A stretch of 64,000 nucleotides of DNA from the NCBI RefSeq assembly GCF_052425735.1, contig NC_135766.1, forward strand, positions 27,714,001-27,778,000. Reading direction: 5' to 3'. A program made the position numbers and the translations under genes. Shown here piece after piece: positions 1 to 13,765 of this stretch. The notes under the pieces were generated by a model. The model had not been told where the DNA came from. It saw only the letters and a list, made by a program, of their open reading frames with translations, and searched no databases. The stretch is from Oculina patagonica (taxonomy: Eukaryota). Each line of letters starts with the position of its first letter. Position 1 is the first letter of the stretch.

Positions 1-792
1 CTGGTGCTCTTGTAAAAACTCCTGCAACATTTGAGCATGAAATACGACCACCCTCACTTTGCGAACACTTTAACAGATACCACTGAAGTTGTAAATGTAA
101 AGATGATAAACAAGGAAAATTTTAAAAACAAAAATACTAAACGTTTTACGTGTTTGGAAATACCGATATGTTGACTTGTCGACGCCATTTGTCAAAGCAC
201 TTTGGTTCGAATGCGGAACATTTAAAAAGTAAAAACACTCGTTTACCTGAGAATCTGAGCGATGCTCTCACAACTTGCAAAGCAATTATCGGGGTGGTAG
301 TCAGCGGATGTTTCTAAGCCGCATGAGCAGCTCTTCTCATTCTGAACTTGCCAAAACAATAACAACAACATGGCGCCATTGGGAGACGTCGGTTTTTTTA
401 TAGTAGTAAAAGAAGTTTTCTAAGTTGTGTCTTTAAAGCAGCGAAAATGTCTCCGGAAAGGTTCTTGTTGTCAACATGAGGTGTTTGTTATGAAATAAAA
501 CCATCACGGAAATGGTAATGAAAACGTGGCGATCGAATTTTCCCGTGCATGCCGGTCAGAGCTATTGTTCTTGCTCTATTGTTTCGAGGTGGTTTGTTGA
601 CTTGGTCGTTCTTTGTTTTACAACACATGTGACCCCCACGAGGGTTGAAAATCTTGGTACAACCCTTGTAAAAATTTTACCGCGATCGCGCCGCGACTGT
701 CGTGATCACGCCGCGATTTGTTGCCATCGCGACGCGATTGTAAGTGAGCGCGATCGCGGCACGATGAGCGCGATCGCAGCGCGATTGATTAC

Positions 793-1864
793 TAGGCTTT
801 TGTACATTATGCTAGCATTTTTTCGAGCATTTTAGTAAGGGCCTGTTTATATGGAGGAGAGTTGTCCCTGGTAGGAGGGTTACCCTCCATACCGAGCCAC
901 CCCGGGCGAGAGAGCTTTTCATACGTTTCTTTATAAATAGCTGCGAACTGTTTATATGAGAAATTGCAAAGTTGGCTCGGGGGGCAGGGTGACCCTGGGT
1001 GGAGGGTCACTCGCTTTGAAGGTAGGGTGACCCTGGGGAGCGAACCAACTTTTTTCCATATAAACAGTTTGGTTATTTTCGCCTCGCCTACCAGGGACAA
1101 GTTGACACATACAGAGCATGCGCAAACGCTGCAGTCCACCAAAACAAAATTGCAGATACATTGAAATCGAAGTCGGCGGTTTATTTGTCCAAAAAATGGT
1201 CGTGGTCGATGTTTCAGCGTTCCTTATTTAAAAAAGGCAGACATAATAGACGTTTCAAAACAACTCTCGCCAGTCTTTTGAACCGAGAGGGCCAAGTTTT
1301 GGCTCGGTCAACAGGGACAACTTTTTCATATAAACGCTCGGCAAAAGATAGCTCGGGGGAGAGGGTAGCCCTCCTACCAGGGACAACTCTCCTCCATATA
1401 AACAGGCCCTAAGGCAAAAGCATTGAGCATTATTCAAGCATTTTAGTGGCATTTTCCCGGAAAATTGATTTTTTTTCCGAGAAAATAAAAAAGAAATTAA
1501 TTTTTTCAGAGAAAATGAAGACTAGAACTCAAAATTCAACTACAAATAACTTTCTCGAGATAGTCAACTACTTTCTGTACTTAGCCTTGTAGATGATTTC
1601 GAGGATTATAATTTTTGGCTGCATTTATGAACTTGTATACGTTGTTGTTGTTTCTAACAACAATTCTACGTTTTTGTAAGTGCTAACAGTTAACACCATG
1701 TTAAAAACTTTGAAATTTAATTTTGAAAAACCGGTGGAATAATGAGCATTATCCGAGCATTTTAGTTACTTTTTTGGGGGAGACCGAGCATTTTAGTGGG
1801 AAAAATGGAGCATAAAGGTGGAGCATTTTAGTGGAAAAACAAAAGCATAATGTACAAAAGCCTA
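793..1864. mobile_element. hAT-type MITE nested in the 663-3486 element
   Basis: 21-bp TIR TAGGCTTTTGTACATTATGCT. Perfect 8-bp TSD TTGATTAC (785-792, 1865-1872). Internal GAGCATTTTAG repeats. Confidence 0.85.
839..1409. mobile_element. PIF/Harbinger (Tourist-like) MITE nested in the hAT MITE
   Basis: 41-bp TIR GGGCCTGTTTATATGGAGGAGAGTTGTCCCTGGTAGGAGGG. TAA TSD (836-838, 1410-1412). A related terminus occurs at 33281. Confidence 0.85.
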
Positions 1865-3980
1865 TTGATTACTACCGCACGGCGATTTGGGAGGCTGGAA
1901 TAAATCTCGGGAAGTGTTCCCGGCGAGAACTCACTTCTCACCGGGAGAAAGTCAATTGAAATTCTCACGAATCATGCTGTGGTCGGAACGCAAATCATGA
2001 CTTATATTGATGAAATAAACTTAAGGTACTAATCAAAGTAGTAATAAAACTAGTTTGATTTAGAATGTCGAAAAACATTTTAATACGCTACGGTGAGCCG
2101 TGAGGACGTCATTCCTACGAGAAAAGTTTTATTTAGTTTTAGTCTAGACGAACTGGCGCGACAAAGCGGCGCGTGATAATGAGTAAAGATAAATTAAAAG
2201 ATAAGAATTTTTATTTCTTTACAGTCCGTTTTTTTAGAGCTTTTCAAACACTTTGTTTCTTTCTTTTCTTGTCTTCAAGGAAATGACAAATTTCTGTCAG
2301 CCATTTTTTCAAATGCAAATACAATCAGGAATTCGCTGCAATTGCGCTTTTCGCATTGAAAAATCCTCCAGATGGCATTTTAATTGTGGCTCTGAAGAGG
2401 CTGTCAGAATGAGCTTTTTAAGAGCTTTATATTAACCTTCCAGAAGACCACACACAGCGAATTATTCACGCCTTTTCCCGCAAGGTGTCGTGAACTGAGC
2501 GTTACGATTGGCTGAGTTAGGTCACGTGGTACATAGTACACGCCATTGTTATCCCGAGCAGAAAAGAAATTTTATTTTGAGTAAGTTGGAATGCTTTCTC
2601 TTCACAATCAGGACTGGAAAAATGTGTTCTTTTTTGGCTGCTTCTGTTAATAACATGAGTTTAGAAGCGACCTAACTTTAGGGAAAAGCGTCTCTGTGGA
2701 AACTGCTAGAATTTGTTTGTTAATTCGAGCAACAGCTTATTAATTTCGACAGCGCTATCTTGTGGGATTCGTCACGGAATTGTTGACTGAACTACAGCTG
2801 AACTGTGATTTTTAAAAAAAAATTACAAAAAAACATTTTGACGGTAAGGACCATTCAATGCGAAGTTGTACCTGTTGATGCTTGGGACTTAAATGTTGTA
2901 TTGTTTAAAAAGCTTCGGGGAAAGCGCATCTTCGACGGTTCGGCTTCTTCGCAGATGCATGACCAAGAGATAGTTCGCTCGTTTGGTAGATCACATCATT
3001 GCATCTTCCTTCGCTTGAGCACGAGGAAAAGGTTAGTTGCCGTTATGTATGTGTTGTTCCCTTCGTGACATTTTACAGAAGAACTGTTCACTTATTTGCT
3101 TGTAAACTAAAGGCTCACGCTCTCCGGCTTGTGACTATTGCGAAATATATGTGCTTGGCAGCAAAGCTGGCCGTCTTTTTCTGTAGGCTTCTGTAAATAA
3201 ATGATGTTGTTTTGATACAGAGCCAGTGTGTTTGTTTTGTCGATATGCAAAACGCCAAGATAATTGTTTTTAAATTTAAAGATTTAGGCGCGATCGCGGC
3301 ACGATCCAAGCCAAATCGCGGCGCGATTCCCGGCCCATCATCGCGCCGCGAAGTGAGAATCGCGGCGCCAAAAACGCGGCGCGATCGCGGCACGAATCGC
3401 GGCGCAATCCAAGCCTAATCGCGCCGCGAAGTCGGAATCGCGGCGGCCAAAAACGCGGCGCGATCGCGGTAAAATTTTTGCAAGGGAATCATTTGCATTT
3501 CAGCGCTAAAAAGTAGCATGACTTCACAAAATTCTGCCTCTTTATAACTACACGATGATGACGAAATTTTGGGATAAAACAGTGCATTTAGATTTTCAGT
3601 GAAGATAGTTGTCACCCCTTTACAATCACTGAACCCACAGCATCGTAGTCGAGATTGCCTTAGCTTTCATTTCAAGGGAAAAGATAGCCTGCTGCATCAT
3701 CATCCAAAAACCACTAACTAGATCGTGAATTGATCGCGTTGCAATTTATGAGAGCATCGCTATTCGGTCCCAGACCTAGTTTTTATCCCCCCCTGGGTTG
3801 AGAGCTAGCTGAGAAATTAGGGGTTTTATAAAATGCTGCAAAACTCGACTAGCTGTTTTCTAAGATCGTGAAACTTTGTGGGACAAGTATTGATAGATTG
3901 CTTGAAATGACAGCAATCTAGCGCATCGTGCGTCAAGACTTTTAATGACAAGCAAGTAAGCGATTTCGCCCTTAACTCAC

Positions 3981-6900
3981 CTTTTCCGTCTCAATGTTTC
4001 CAGTTCTCCAGGATATTTTCTGGCCTTGAGCCATAACCAGGACGGACCCATCAGCCCCGCTAACAGTAACCTCGTCGTCGTTGTCATCTTCGTCACTAAA
4101 GACTTCTTCGTCGACGTTGTCAGCGTCAGAATCACTTTCACAAGACGCTGCTGCTTGGGTGCGCAAGTCATCTCGTCTTTGGCGAAAAGTTATCTGTACT
4201 TGAATCGCGCAGTCTTGATCCTTTTCCACCGACTTCACAAGACGGTCTCCTTTTCCGCTGCCAAAATACTTCCGGAGTCCTGGTTGCTTCACATCAAACG
4301 TATCTGACTCAGTGTTTCTTATGAGACCATCAAGCTTCTTCCTTACCCACTTCAAGCCTTCATTGTTTCCAGAAATGTCAAAATCGTCGTTTCCTTTTCC
4401 TTTCTTAATCTTCACTTCAAAACCTTTCAGTTCATTTTCAATGGAGCGCAAATCTTGCTGACGAAGTTCTGTCAGATACCTTCTGACAATTTGGGAAGGA
4501 CATATAAACTGTTCTTCCCTGATGCAGTTTGTTTCCAAGAAGGTATTTAGCTTTTTCATCACCTCGATGACGTCATCCCGGAAGCCAGCAACGTATGTGT
4601 CATTCCAGTTGTTCCTGTGAACACAAATGGTTGTTTTGCTGTTGATTTCTTCGCACAACTGCCGCCATTCTGGTGTTTTTAACAAATGCTTACTCTTGTC
4701 ATCCACTTGAACTTTCTCTTCCAACATCAACTTGTTCACGTGACTCGCGGCCTTGTCCGCATGCGCAGCTGACGTGCCAATAATCCTGGCGTCTTTGTCG
4801 ATGACGAACACTGCCTCCACGCTGTTGCTTTCCAACTCACGTTTGACTTCAGTCTGGAGCCCCTCGTCCGAGCCTAAAACTTTCAAGATGGTATTGGACA
4901 GAGTCAATTTCTTTTCAACCATGTCTGACATTTGTTTGTAGAACTTCATAGTTGCCTCAGTAAACTGTGGCTGAGGACCTTCGAAATAGATCTCTTCCCC
5001 TTCGGTATCCAACTTTATTTCAAGCTCCTTGTTCTTTTGTTGAAGTTTCTCCGCAAACTTGATCTTCTTCAACAGAATTAAGCGTTCTTCAGGAACATTC
5101 GGAACTTTCTTCTTCAGATAGGTTTTTCTGGTTTCCTCCCGGTATATCTCTTCCAATTTAGCTTTTAACTTCTCTTCGTAATCTTTAACATCTTTGCTCA
5201 GTGAAACAATTCTAGCAACAAATGGATCAGCGATAGTTTTGACCAGCGGAGGGTCTACCCCCAAACAGGCGCGAACACTGGATAACTGAGCCACCACGGC
5301 TTCCCAGAAATTCTTATTGACTTGAACATCACGCTTCGCAAATTTACCGAGGTAGCTTTGTACTTCATCAATGCACTCTGACTGCCAGGAATCATTTGCG
5401 CCCTCTCCCCGGTACACCATTACAGCCATCTTGTTGTTAGGTTTCCAGGTAATTTCACTCTTCTTCGCAGCCAGTGACTTATTCAGTTGATCAAGCAATG
5501 CTGTGGTGGTGATGAATTCCATTACATCCGGGTCTACAGCTATGTGTAGCTGCTGTGTTTTCGGTTTAGACTGCTGGCTCACTTGAGTTTTCTGGGTGTC
5601 GCTCGCACTCGGTCCCAGTCCTCCTGAATCGTCTGGTACGTCACCATCCTCACTTTCTAGAACCTCGTGGTAGATTTCGATTGACAGCTGCGCTTGGTTC
5701 AAGACGTGTGGTTTTTCTTCATGTCTGGCTAACACTCTTTCCATATCTGAAAGCGATAGAAACTAACAATTATACCAGAACAATTGAATATAAAATATTT
5801 TACTTGCAACTTAAAGGGATTTGTAGTAGAGGCTATTCGTACATATCCTATCTTAAGAACAGTCAGGAAATGTATCACCATTTAATAACCAAGAGTAGTA
5901 AACATTTAATTTCTCTTTACCGCATGAGAAAAAAAATCAAGGATACCCAACAAAGTATGTTTAAACCATGAGAGGATAAGGACCTCTTTTGGTTAAAACA
6001 CTAATTAGCGGTGCAACCACTAAAAAATCCGAAAACCATCTTTTGCCCACGGCTCAAACTGTAGCTTTACATGTATTTAGAACGCTTGTATTCTTTCTTG
6101 ATTTAGTTTTTCTTATCGCTAGAGCTTACGTATTAGTTTAAACTTACGAGAGTCTACATCTTTGTCTACAGAAAACAGACTGCTATAACCGTACTTACAA
6201 ATGAGTTTACCAACCTCTTGGATTTTGAAACACAACCACAGCTTGCCCACTTTTGGGTACAACGTGTACCTTTTCCACAGGACCCCCATTGTTTTTTCGG
6301 CTTTCAAAGTGCATTTTAATGGAATCATGGGTAGTGTTATCCGAAAGACCGCTGACAAGAATGCTTCTACAAACAGGGACTTGTTCGATGGAAACTTTAG
6401 CAGAATCCAAGTCTCTTCTTTCGCCTTCGGTCTTGATTTTGCTGAAATCTAAATAATTTAATAACAATCGTTAAAAAGTGTTTTCTCTTCACCCGTTTTT
6501 CCTGATCAAAAGACTAAAATTTCACTTCCGGTTGGGTCACAAATCGCGTGAAGTGGGGACCTGGGGCATATGGACTCGTAACGTCAAAACAAGAACGTCA
6601 TCCCCGGAACCAAACAAACAGAACGGGATTCTACCAACTGAAAGTTTCTAACCCCACCTAAATCCTCGCTCAAATTTTGGCTTTAACAAAGCAACAACAC
6701 AAGAGACAGAGAAACTGCTTTTCTTTCAGACGGCTAGAATTCGGTAAAAAAAAGAGACGGTCTCGACTATTTTCACCATGTTCACATCAGGATCCTGTGT
6801 AGATTCCACCAAGCAATAATTTGACCGAAAAAAGTAGAAATTCATATCGCTTTTTCTTTCGAAAACCAAGCCAATTTGCATTAGACAAAAATACAAACTT

Positions 6901-8500
6901 TAGTTAGTTAGACTAGACTTGATTTTAAATCGGATCGATATAGCGATGAATACGACTATTATTGAACGCAATTGAGCTCACGAAGACTATGTTTAGATGT
7001 CATCTAGTAACATTCTGACCACTGTTTTGATGCTATGCTTCAAAGGTAACGGCACTAGAGCAATCTCGTTTTCAAAGCCCACGTTCTCTTTAACCAGTGG
7101 TCTGCTGTATAAAGATAACGCGGACTCGGAGGACAGGATTGCCACAAGAGAGATAACATAACGTAAATATGAACTGTATGCGGAAACGATACTTTAAAGA
7201 CAACACAAAGAGTATATAAGAATCATACCACAAATTGACTTGCCTGTTATGTCATTGACCATTGTGACCAGGGCGCTGCCATTTCGTAGCTTTTGTACAT
7301 CCTGTACGTCTTCGCCACTCATTGCTTCGATGAAGTTTGCCACAGCGTCAACAGGCGTCGACTCACTCAGCCCACAAACACGTAATTTATTACGTTCAAA
7401 CCGAGGTTGCTCTTCGACGTTTCCTCTAGGTGCATTGCTTCCACGTGTCCTCCTTCTTCCTTGCCTCTGTTGGCCTCTACCTCTCTCAGAATAGCGCTGC
7501 CTTTGGGTGAATTGAGATTGATCATGTGAAAACTGGTCTCCTTCATTGAACCCTCCAGGAGTTTGGTATTCTTGTCTCTGGACATTGTTACCACGTCCTC
7601 TGTAGCCCCGACTCTTGTTCTTCGGCTTTGGCTTTGGTTTTTGTCCTCGACCACTCCAGTTTCCATGCCCTCTTTGAGGCTGAAAAGTGTTGTCAGCACC
7701 AAAACCCCATTCCTGAGGCATTAATGGAACTGGCATTCCCATACCATTGTCTCTGAATCCTTGGTAATCACCGTGACCCTGTACAAAGCCACCTCTGGGA
7801 CCTCCCCTCGGTCCTTCTCTTGGCCTTCCCCTGACACCTCCACTTTGCCTTGTATTTTGGCCTCGATAAGCTTGGTATCCTCCCCTTTGTTCCATATTGT
7901 TATTATCAAAACTGTCTCTCCTAAAATCGCGTGCTTCTTTGAACTCTCCTTGTTCCCTATGCATTGCATTTTCATTTTCAGAGCCTCTTTCGTTCCTCCC
8001 GCTTCGAACATTCTTCGGCTCAGCTCCTCTGGACCTTTTTTGCTCTCCTCTCCAATCCCCTGCCTGGTTGCTGGGACCGTCCACTTGAGAAACATCAATT
8101 CTTCCTTTCGGTTTCACTGTAGAAGGCTTGGCTGCCACTGGAGTTTTGAATATATCCAGTGGATTTTCCATATCTTGAAATTCCTGTAACTTCTCACTTG
8201 CTTTGTCGATGTCTCCACGTACGTCATCCCGGAGTAGAATTCTCTTGATGAGGACAGGTGGCAGACAACTGAATACTTCCTCAAGCCTTTTGAATTTCTC
8301 TTCTATCTCTTCGGGGTCCTCTTCTTCTTGTATCTTCTTACTGGCTGCAGATGACAATTCCGCTGTTAAACCAATGTCATCGTTTTCTTCCACTGTGTCA
8401 TCTTCGTCAATAAAGTGACTAACATCGAAGTTCTCTCCATCTTCTTCGATATCTTCGTCTTGTTCTTCGTCTTCTTCCTCCTCCTCTTCATTGTCATTCT
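3981..8500 (-). CDS. PARP14-like: PARP14-like protein, copy A (partial). Exons 8500-7244 (acidic, CUE-like, RGG-rich, RRM), 6448-6215 (RRM), 5746-3981 (KH array, start of macrodomain). 3' exons not seen in the window.
   Basis: Splice sites join in phase (1-1, 1-1, 1-0). RRM motifs LRVCGLSE..ALVTM and ILVSGLSD..GGPVEKV..AVVVF. The exon ends ISWRTGNIETEK at the same position as in copy B. The 234-nt exon has the same length in both paralogs. Identity is inferred from co-linear homology to copy B, which has macro/WWE/PARP domains. Confidence 0.85.
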
Positions 8501-9626
8501 CTGTTAATCAAAAGCCCACATTATTGCAGTTTTCACTATAAACATGCGAACACTGAAATTCAAACCTCAACCAACGGTTTACGCTTTTTGCTGCCGTCGG
8601 TCATCTTAGCGGGGGATCTTAGCGGACCTCTCGGGAAACAGACGTTCACTTCAACTGGGTCAAAAGGTCACAGCAGTCGACTATGATTAGTAGGTTTCGA
8701 TCCATTTTGTTTGTTTTTGTTTTTCAAGGTTATAATTGACGGGCAGCGAAAACGCCGCAATCGTTAGTTGGTTTGCATGTGAAAACTGCAATAAACTATT
8801 CCTGGAACGAGTCAGTCATCCATGTACATAATGTGACTGAATGATTCTCAAGCTGTAGTTTCCTTCACATCGAAGGAAGCTACAGAGAAATAAGCTCCAA
8901 TACCTAAGTAATAAACCAAATTGGAACAAGAAGGTTTAAGATTAGGGAAGAATGAGACACATAACGAACGAAAAACGTGAAATATTTGGGCCAAATGTTT
9001 TAAGTTATGCCATCCGTGACGGGGCCTCTAAAATACTTCCCGTTATTCTGGAGGAAAACAGGAAACCCACGTGCTAAATGTCATGTTTGTTCCCAATACG
9101 TTACACAGCTTGGATTCTCTTTAGGGACGAATGAGGATATGTAGGAAACCACGGTTTTCAGTTGATACTTATTCAATATAACAGTGCATTTCCCTGTTAT
9201 CAGTTAACATCAGGGCCTCATTTTGTTGTTGTCTCAGTATTAGAAGATTTTGCCGATTGCCGGAACCAGGTGTAACGGACGTATGCAGGACTTGTTGGCC
9301 AAAATTTCGGTGTGCCAGTGTCTGTTGACATGTGTCAAGATAGATATATTTACCTATAAACAATCTGGTTTTCCCTAGTAACACGGTTGATTTGGGATGT
9401 TTATAGGCTATATCTAATGAAGCACTGATAGCAATTCTCAAGTGATTCTGTTTCGAAATGTACAACTACTTCCGGCTTAGGAAATAAAATCCCCTTCCAC
9501 ATGAGGGGAATTACCCTTCAGCGGGCGACAAAACAACGTTTAACCGATTGGCCTAAAATAAACAGCAAGTAAGTAGTGTATTTTAATTTAAAACTGCTTG
9601 TTCCACGTAGAAATGCTGCAATCTAT

Positions 9627-10757
9627 TAGTCCAGTCAACTTAGTATTACACCCAAAACAAATTGCAACAAAAATAAAACATGCCTTATTCGACTTTGCAT
9701 ATATTGAGGAATAACATACTAAAAGTCACCGTGAATCGGAGTATTGGAACCTCGTCTTTTTTTGCGATATTTGAACTACAATGAAAAATGAGAAATTTAA
9801 TTTATGCATAACTAATGTGAATTTTACAAGTAACATTGAAGGGTCCTTATCGACAGAAATAATCAAGCTAGCAAAACCAAACAACGACAAGCCAACAAAT
9901 CAGTTTACAACAAATGTAGCAGTTATTACTTATCCTATTTATTGCGTGAAATGACATTACTATTTTGCCCTTTTTGGTACCTTAGAGAACGTACTACCAG
10001 CGGCCCGATTCTGGCATAGATGCAAGTATAGTAACAACGTTCGCTAATCGGATATTTCATTAAAAAAGCTGAGTTTTCTTCAAGAATTAAAGATACTGAA
10101 AACTGATAAAGTATAATTATACCTTTTTGACGAAAGAATAAACGCTGGTCAAAAAAGTTACCGTCTGATAACTAGAATTGCGACAAACGATTATGGCGGT
10201 AGTCTTGGATGAAACCCTTAACATAATCTGTCAGAAAACGTAATGCGTGAATTTGCTCCCCCAAAACCCTTTCTGCTTATTGGAAGCTGCCTATAATTCC
10301 AAGAATCAACACTGATTGATCTTTGCAAAAGTCCCCCGAGTGACTGAGCCGTCACAGACGCCGGGGACACAACCCCGGCGTAACTATGGGCACGCCTCCA
10401 TCTCTGCACTTAATTCTTTAACAAAAGGATGAACAAATTCTCTCAAGAGTAGCAGAATGATTTTGGACAAAAGAAAAAAGGGTTAAAACATTTGTAAAAG
10501 GTTTGGTAACAACCTGCAAATGACTTGATAAACATGAATTCAAACAACAACAACAACAACTTTATTCACCCTAAATATTTACAAAAGGAAAAGATATATA
10601 TATGGTATTAATAAATAATTAAGGGTCTGGTGGCCTGAAATAACTGAAGAGTTTAAAAGGGCAGGCAGCCAGTGACAAGTATGGTATCACTCTATCTACT
10701 CAATATTAGCATTTGTATACAGCCACGTCAAATGCTATACAGTTTTGTACGCCAATC
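9627..10757. repeat. Inverted duplication, copy 1 (partner is 11720-12299 plus 24916-25386)
   Basis: Near-identical reverse-complement match, e.g. ORF 10218-10409(-) vs 11974-12165(+) differ by 2 aa. 9650-10085 matches 24916-25352. Confidence 0.9.
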
Positions 10758-11579
10758 GTCACATTTGTTTAAACACTGCGGTGGAAAGCATCAACAGACA
10801 CGCCTTTTTCTCGCTGTTTTAAAATACTTTTTTTAAAAAAAAGCAAATATTTTAACAGGATTAACCCATCTGTACTTTGGAGTACTGTTATCTTAGGGGT
10901 CCTGTAAGATATTAAAATTTAAAAAGATGACTTACAAAGTTTAAAAAAAGTCTAGAAATGTTAAAAAGACAACGGTTAAAAACAAATAAAAACTTATGAA
11001 TAAAAATTACAAATAAAAATGTTCTATAACTTTTGTTTAAAAAGAAGTCTAGAGTTCAATTTTTCATGTCCGACGGTAAACAATTAAAAACTGACGCTCC
11101 TAAAAACGAAAAACTCCGACGGCCAAACTCTAGCTTTATTCTCGGCAGGACATAAGCCATACCTTACTCATGCCATGAGCAACTAGGTCACTGTATGTAT
11201 GACGTTATTTCCAGTCGTTACTTTACATATGTTTCAGAAATAAGGGTCAGATGTGGGATAAGCGATGCATGATGTTAGATTCACTCGGGAAAGAGTGTAT
11301 GTTATAAAGAAAGATTTCCTTTCCAAAATGTAAAACAAGATAAGGTTCGTCGCGCAACTACCTCTGCATTTAAATCTGTGACGCCATCATTACGTCACAC
11401 ATGAAAACATTTGTGTTACTATATTATGGCATATTGGTAATGAATCAATCAGTTGTTATATCAATTTTGGTTTAACTGTCTTTATTATTCGTGGAATTAC
11501 AGACGCTAGAACTTTGTTTTATTTGGTTCCGCCATATTACATACCAGCCAATTTGGGAATTTCGCCAATGGTTTGAAAG

Positions 11580-12299
11580 TCATAAAAAATACAAGGTTCC
11601 AATGCTTAGATTTACGGTGACTTTCAGCAGCGTATTCTACACCAAATTTAAGTCAAGAACAGCATTTTTAATTTTTGTTGCAATTTGTTTTGGGTGCAAT
11701 ACTAATTTGACTGGACTAATTGGCGTACAAAACTGTATAGCATTTGACTCATTTGACGTGGCTGTATACAAAAGCTAATGTAGAGTGGATATAGAGTGAT
11801 ACCAAACTTGTCACTGTGGTTTAAATCAATTTTGAATTCATGTTTATAAATAATTTGAAGTCATTTGCAGGTTGTTACCAAACTTTTTACAAATGTTTTA
11901 ACCCTTTTTCTTTTGTCCAAAATCATTCTGCTACTCTTGAAAGAATTTGTTCATCCTTTTGTTAAAGAATTAAGTGCAGAGATGGAGGCGTGCCCATAGT
12001 TACGCCGGGGTTGTGTCCCCGGCGTCTGTGACGGTTCAGTCACTCGGGGGACTTTTGCAAAGATCAATCAGTGTTGATTCTTGGAATTATAGGCAGCTTC
12101 CAATAAGCAGAAAGGGTTTTGGGGGAGCAAATTCACGCATTATGTTTTCTGACAGATTATGTTAAGGGTTTCATCCAAGACTACCGCCATAATCGTTTGT
12201 CGCAATTCTGTTATCAGACGGTAACTTTTTTGACCAGCGTTTATTCTTTCGTCAAAAAGGTATAATTATACTTTATCAGTTTTCAGTATCTTTAATTAA
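11580..12299. repeat. Inverted duplication, copy 2, left part (split by the CACTA element; resumes at 24916)
   Basis: 11720-12299 is the reverse complement of ~10085-10757. 11580-11720 is a more diverged extra copy of ~9627-9775. Confidence 0.85.
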
Positions 12300-13765
12300 C
12301 ACTGGGCGAAAAAACAGATTTGACATAGTACAAATGTAGTCTAAATATGGTTCAAATATGACATTTGTCACATTTGTCCATATTTGACTAGGAGACAAAT
12401 ATGACATTTGTCCTAAGACAAATAGGATAATGATGCATTCGCTCTTGGAGATAAATATGGACAAATGTGGTGCAAATATGAGTCAAATATTACGTTTTGT
12501 CCCGCTCAAATGCAGACAAATGTAACCAAAGATAACATTTGTAAGGACAAATTTAAAGCAAATATCATCTTTGTCTGGGATATCTGAAACCCACGTTTCC
12601 TTCTGCTACTGTGCCTGAAATGGCTTAAGCAACATAATTCCGCTGCAAGAATACTTGAGTTTAGCTTGCTCTAGATACATGTAAAGTATTCTTGAAATGT
12701 AAAATTTTATATATTTCATGTTTTTTCTTTAAAATTGGATTCAAACTAATCTTGGTTGACCCAGCCCTAAATCTCTTGCCAGTTCTGAAGAAATTATCAC
12801 ACAAAGATATACAGTTGAAAACTGTTTTATTTTACAATTCTCTATTTTCTGTACAAATAAAACCATTTTGTTACTTTATATATTAAGTTCATATACCTTT
12901 ATAAATTATATGCAAACTAAATTTCAAAAGGGAAACAAGTTCTCAAGTTAAAAATGACTCACAGCACAATTTAAAACTGCACAGATCTCTTTTTGAAAAA
13001 AAAATAAGAGGGAGAAGAGAAGAGGCATAAATCTGACCTAAGTCTAGTTCAAAATTCAGAAATATCAATGTTAAACCTAAAGAATTTGAATTCTATATAC
13101 CTCAGACAGCCATTCTTCAACAATTGAAGATAATAAAATATTGGCAGCTAACAAAGACTAACATGTATAGACTTGAGGTTCGATATCAATAAGCGTTACC
13201 GGTAAATAAAAAAGTATCGGTAATAAAAACTAAGCATTCAGTATTCTAAAATTCTGTATGTGAATGGAAACACACCTGCCTTGTTTGATGAAACCCTAAC
13301 AAAAACCTACATGATTTGTGGTCTCTTAGAATAACAAGAAGACAATCACCATTTAAAAAAACTCACTTGGGCACTCTCTTAACCATTTTCAACTAATGCA
13401 TGTCCCTACGGTTGCAAGTCATTATATTGATTTTTTGTTTAACGTTATTAGTTGTTCTATCACATGACCAAAACAGTTCTGTCTAAAATCAAATAAAAAG
13501 AAATTCAAATATGTTCCAAGCATGTCTGTTGACTAAATATATTTATAACTGGGAAAATTCCTAACAAACAATCATGTATAAGATTACTTGAATGTCAAAT
13601 GACACAACATGTCAATACAGTTGTATGTGTATACCAAATATGATGATTTTTATGTGATAATCATGAAGTTCCAAAACTTAAATGTACATGTAACCGACAA
13701 GACATCTGGTCAAAAAACATGTTTGGTCATGTGATAAAAATAAATAACTATTGATATTATTAATT

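Larger units (their letters stand above)
663..3486. mobile_element. Non-autonomous DNA transposon, CCC-ended, 2-bp TSD (EnSpm/CMC-like); hosts two nested MITEs
   Basis: 33-bp TIR CCCTTG(T/C)AAAAATTTTACCGCGATCGCGCCGCG at 663-695 and reverse complement at 3454-3486 (1 mismatch). AA flanks both ends. Many CGCGATCGCG subterminal repeats. No transposase ORF. Confidence 0.8.

Noticed and set aside
512-3615. Short ORFs in the first 3.6 kb as missing copy A exons
   Set aside because: They lie within nested MITEs and show no macro, WWE or PARP similarity.
10205-10225. AAACCCTTAAC as a telomerase RNA template
   Set aside because: It does not template TTAGGG (extra T). No convincing pseudoknot, P6.1 loop or H/ACA end.
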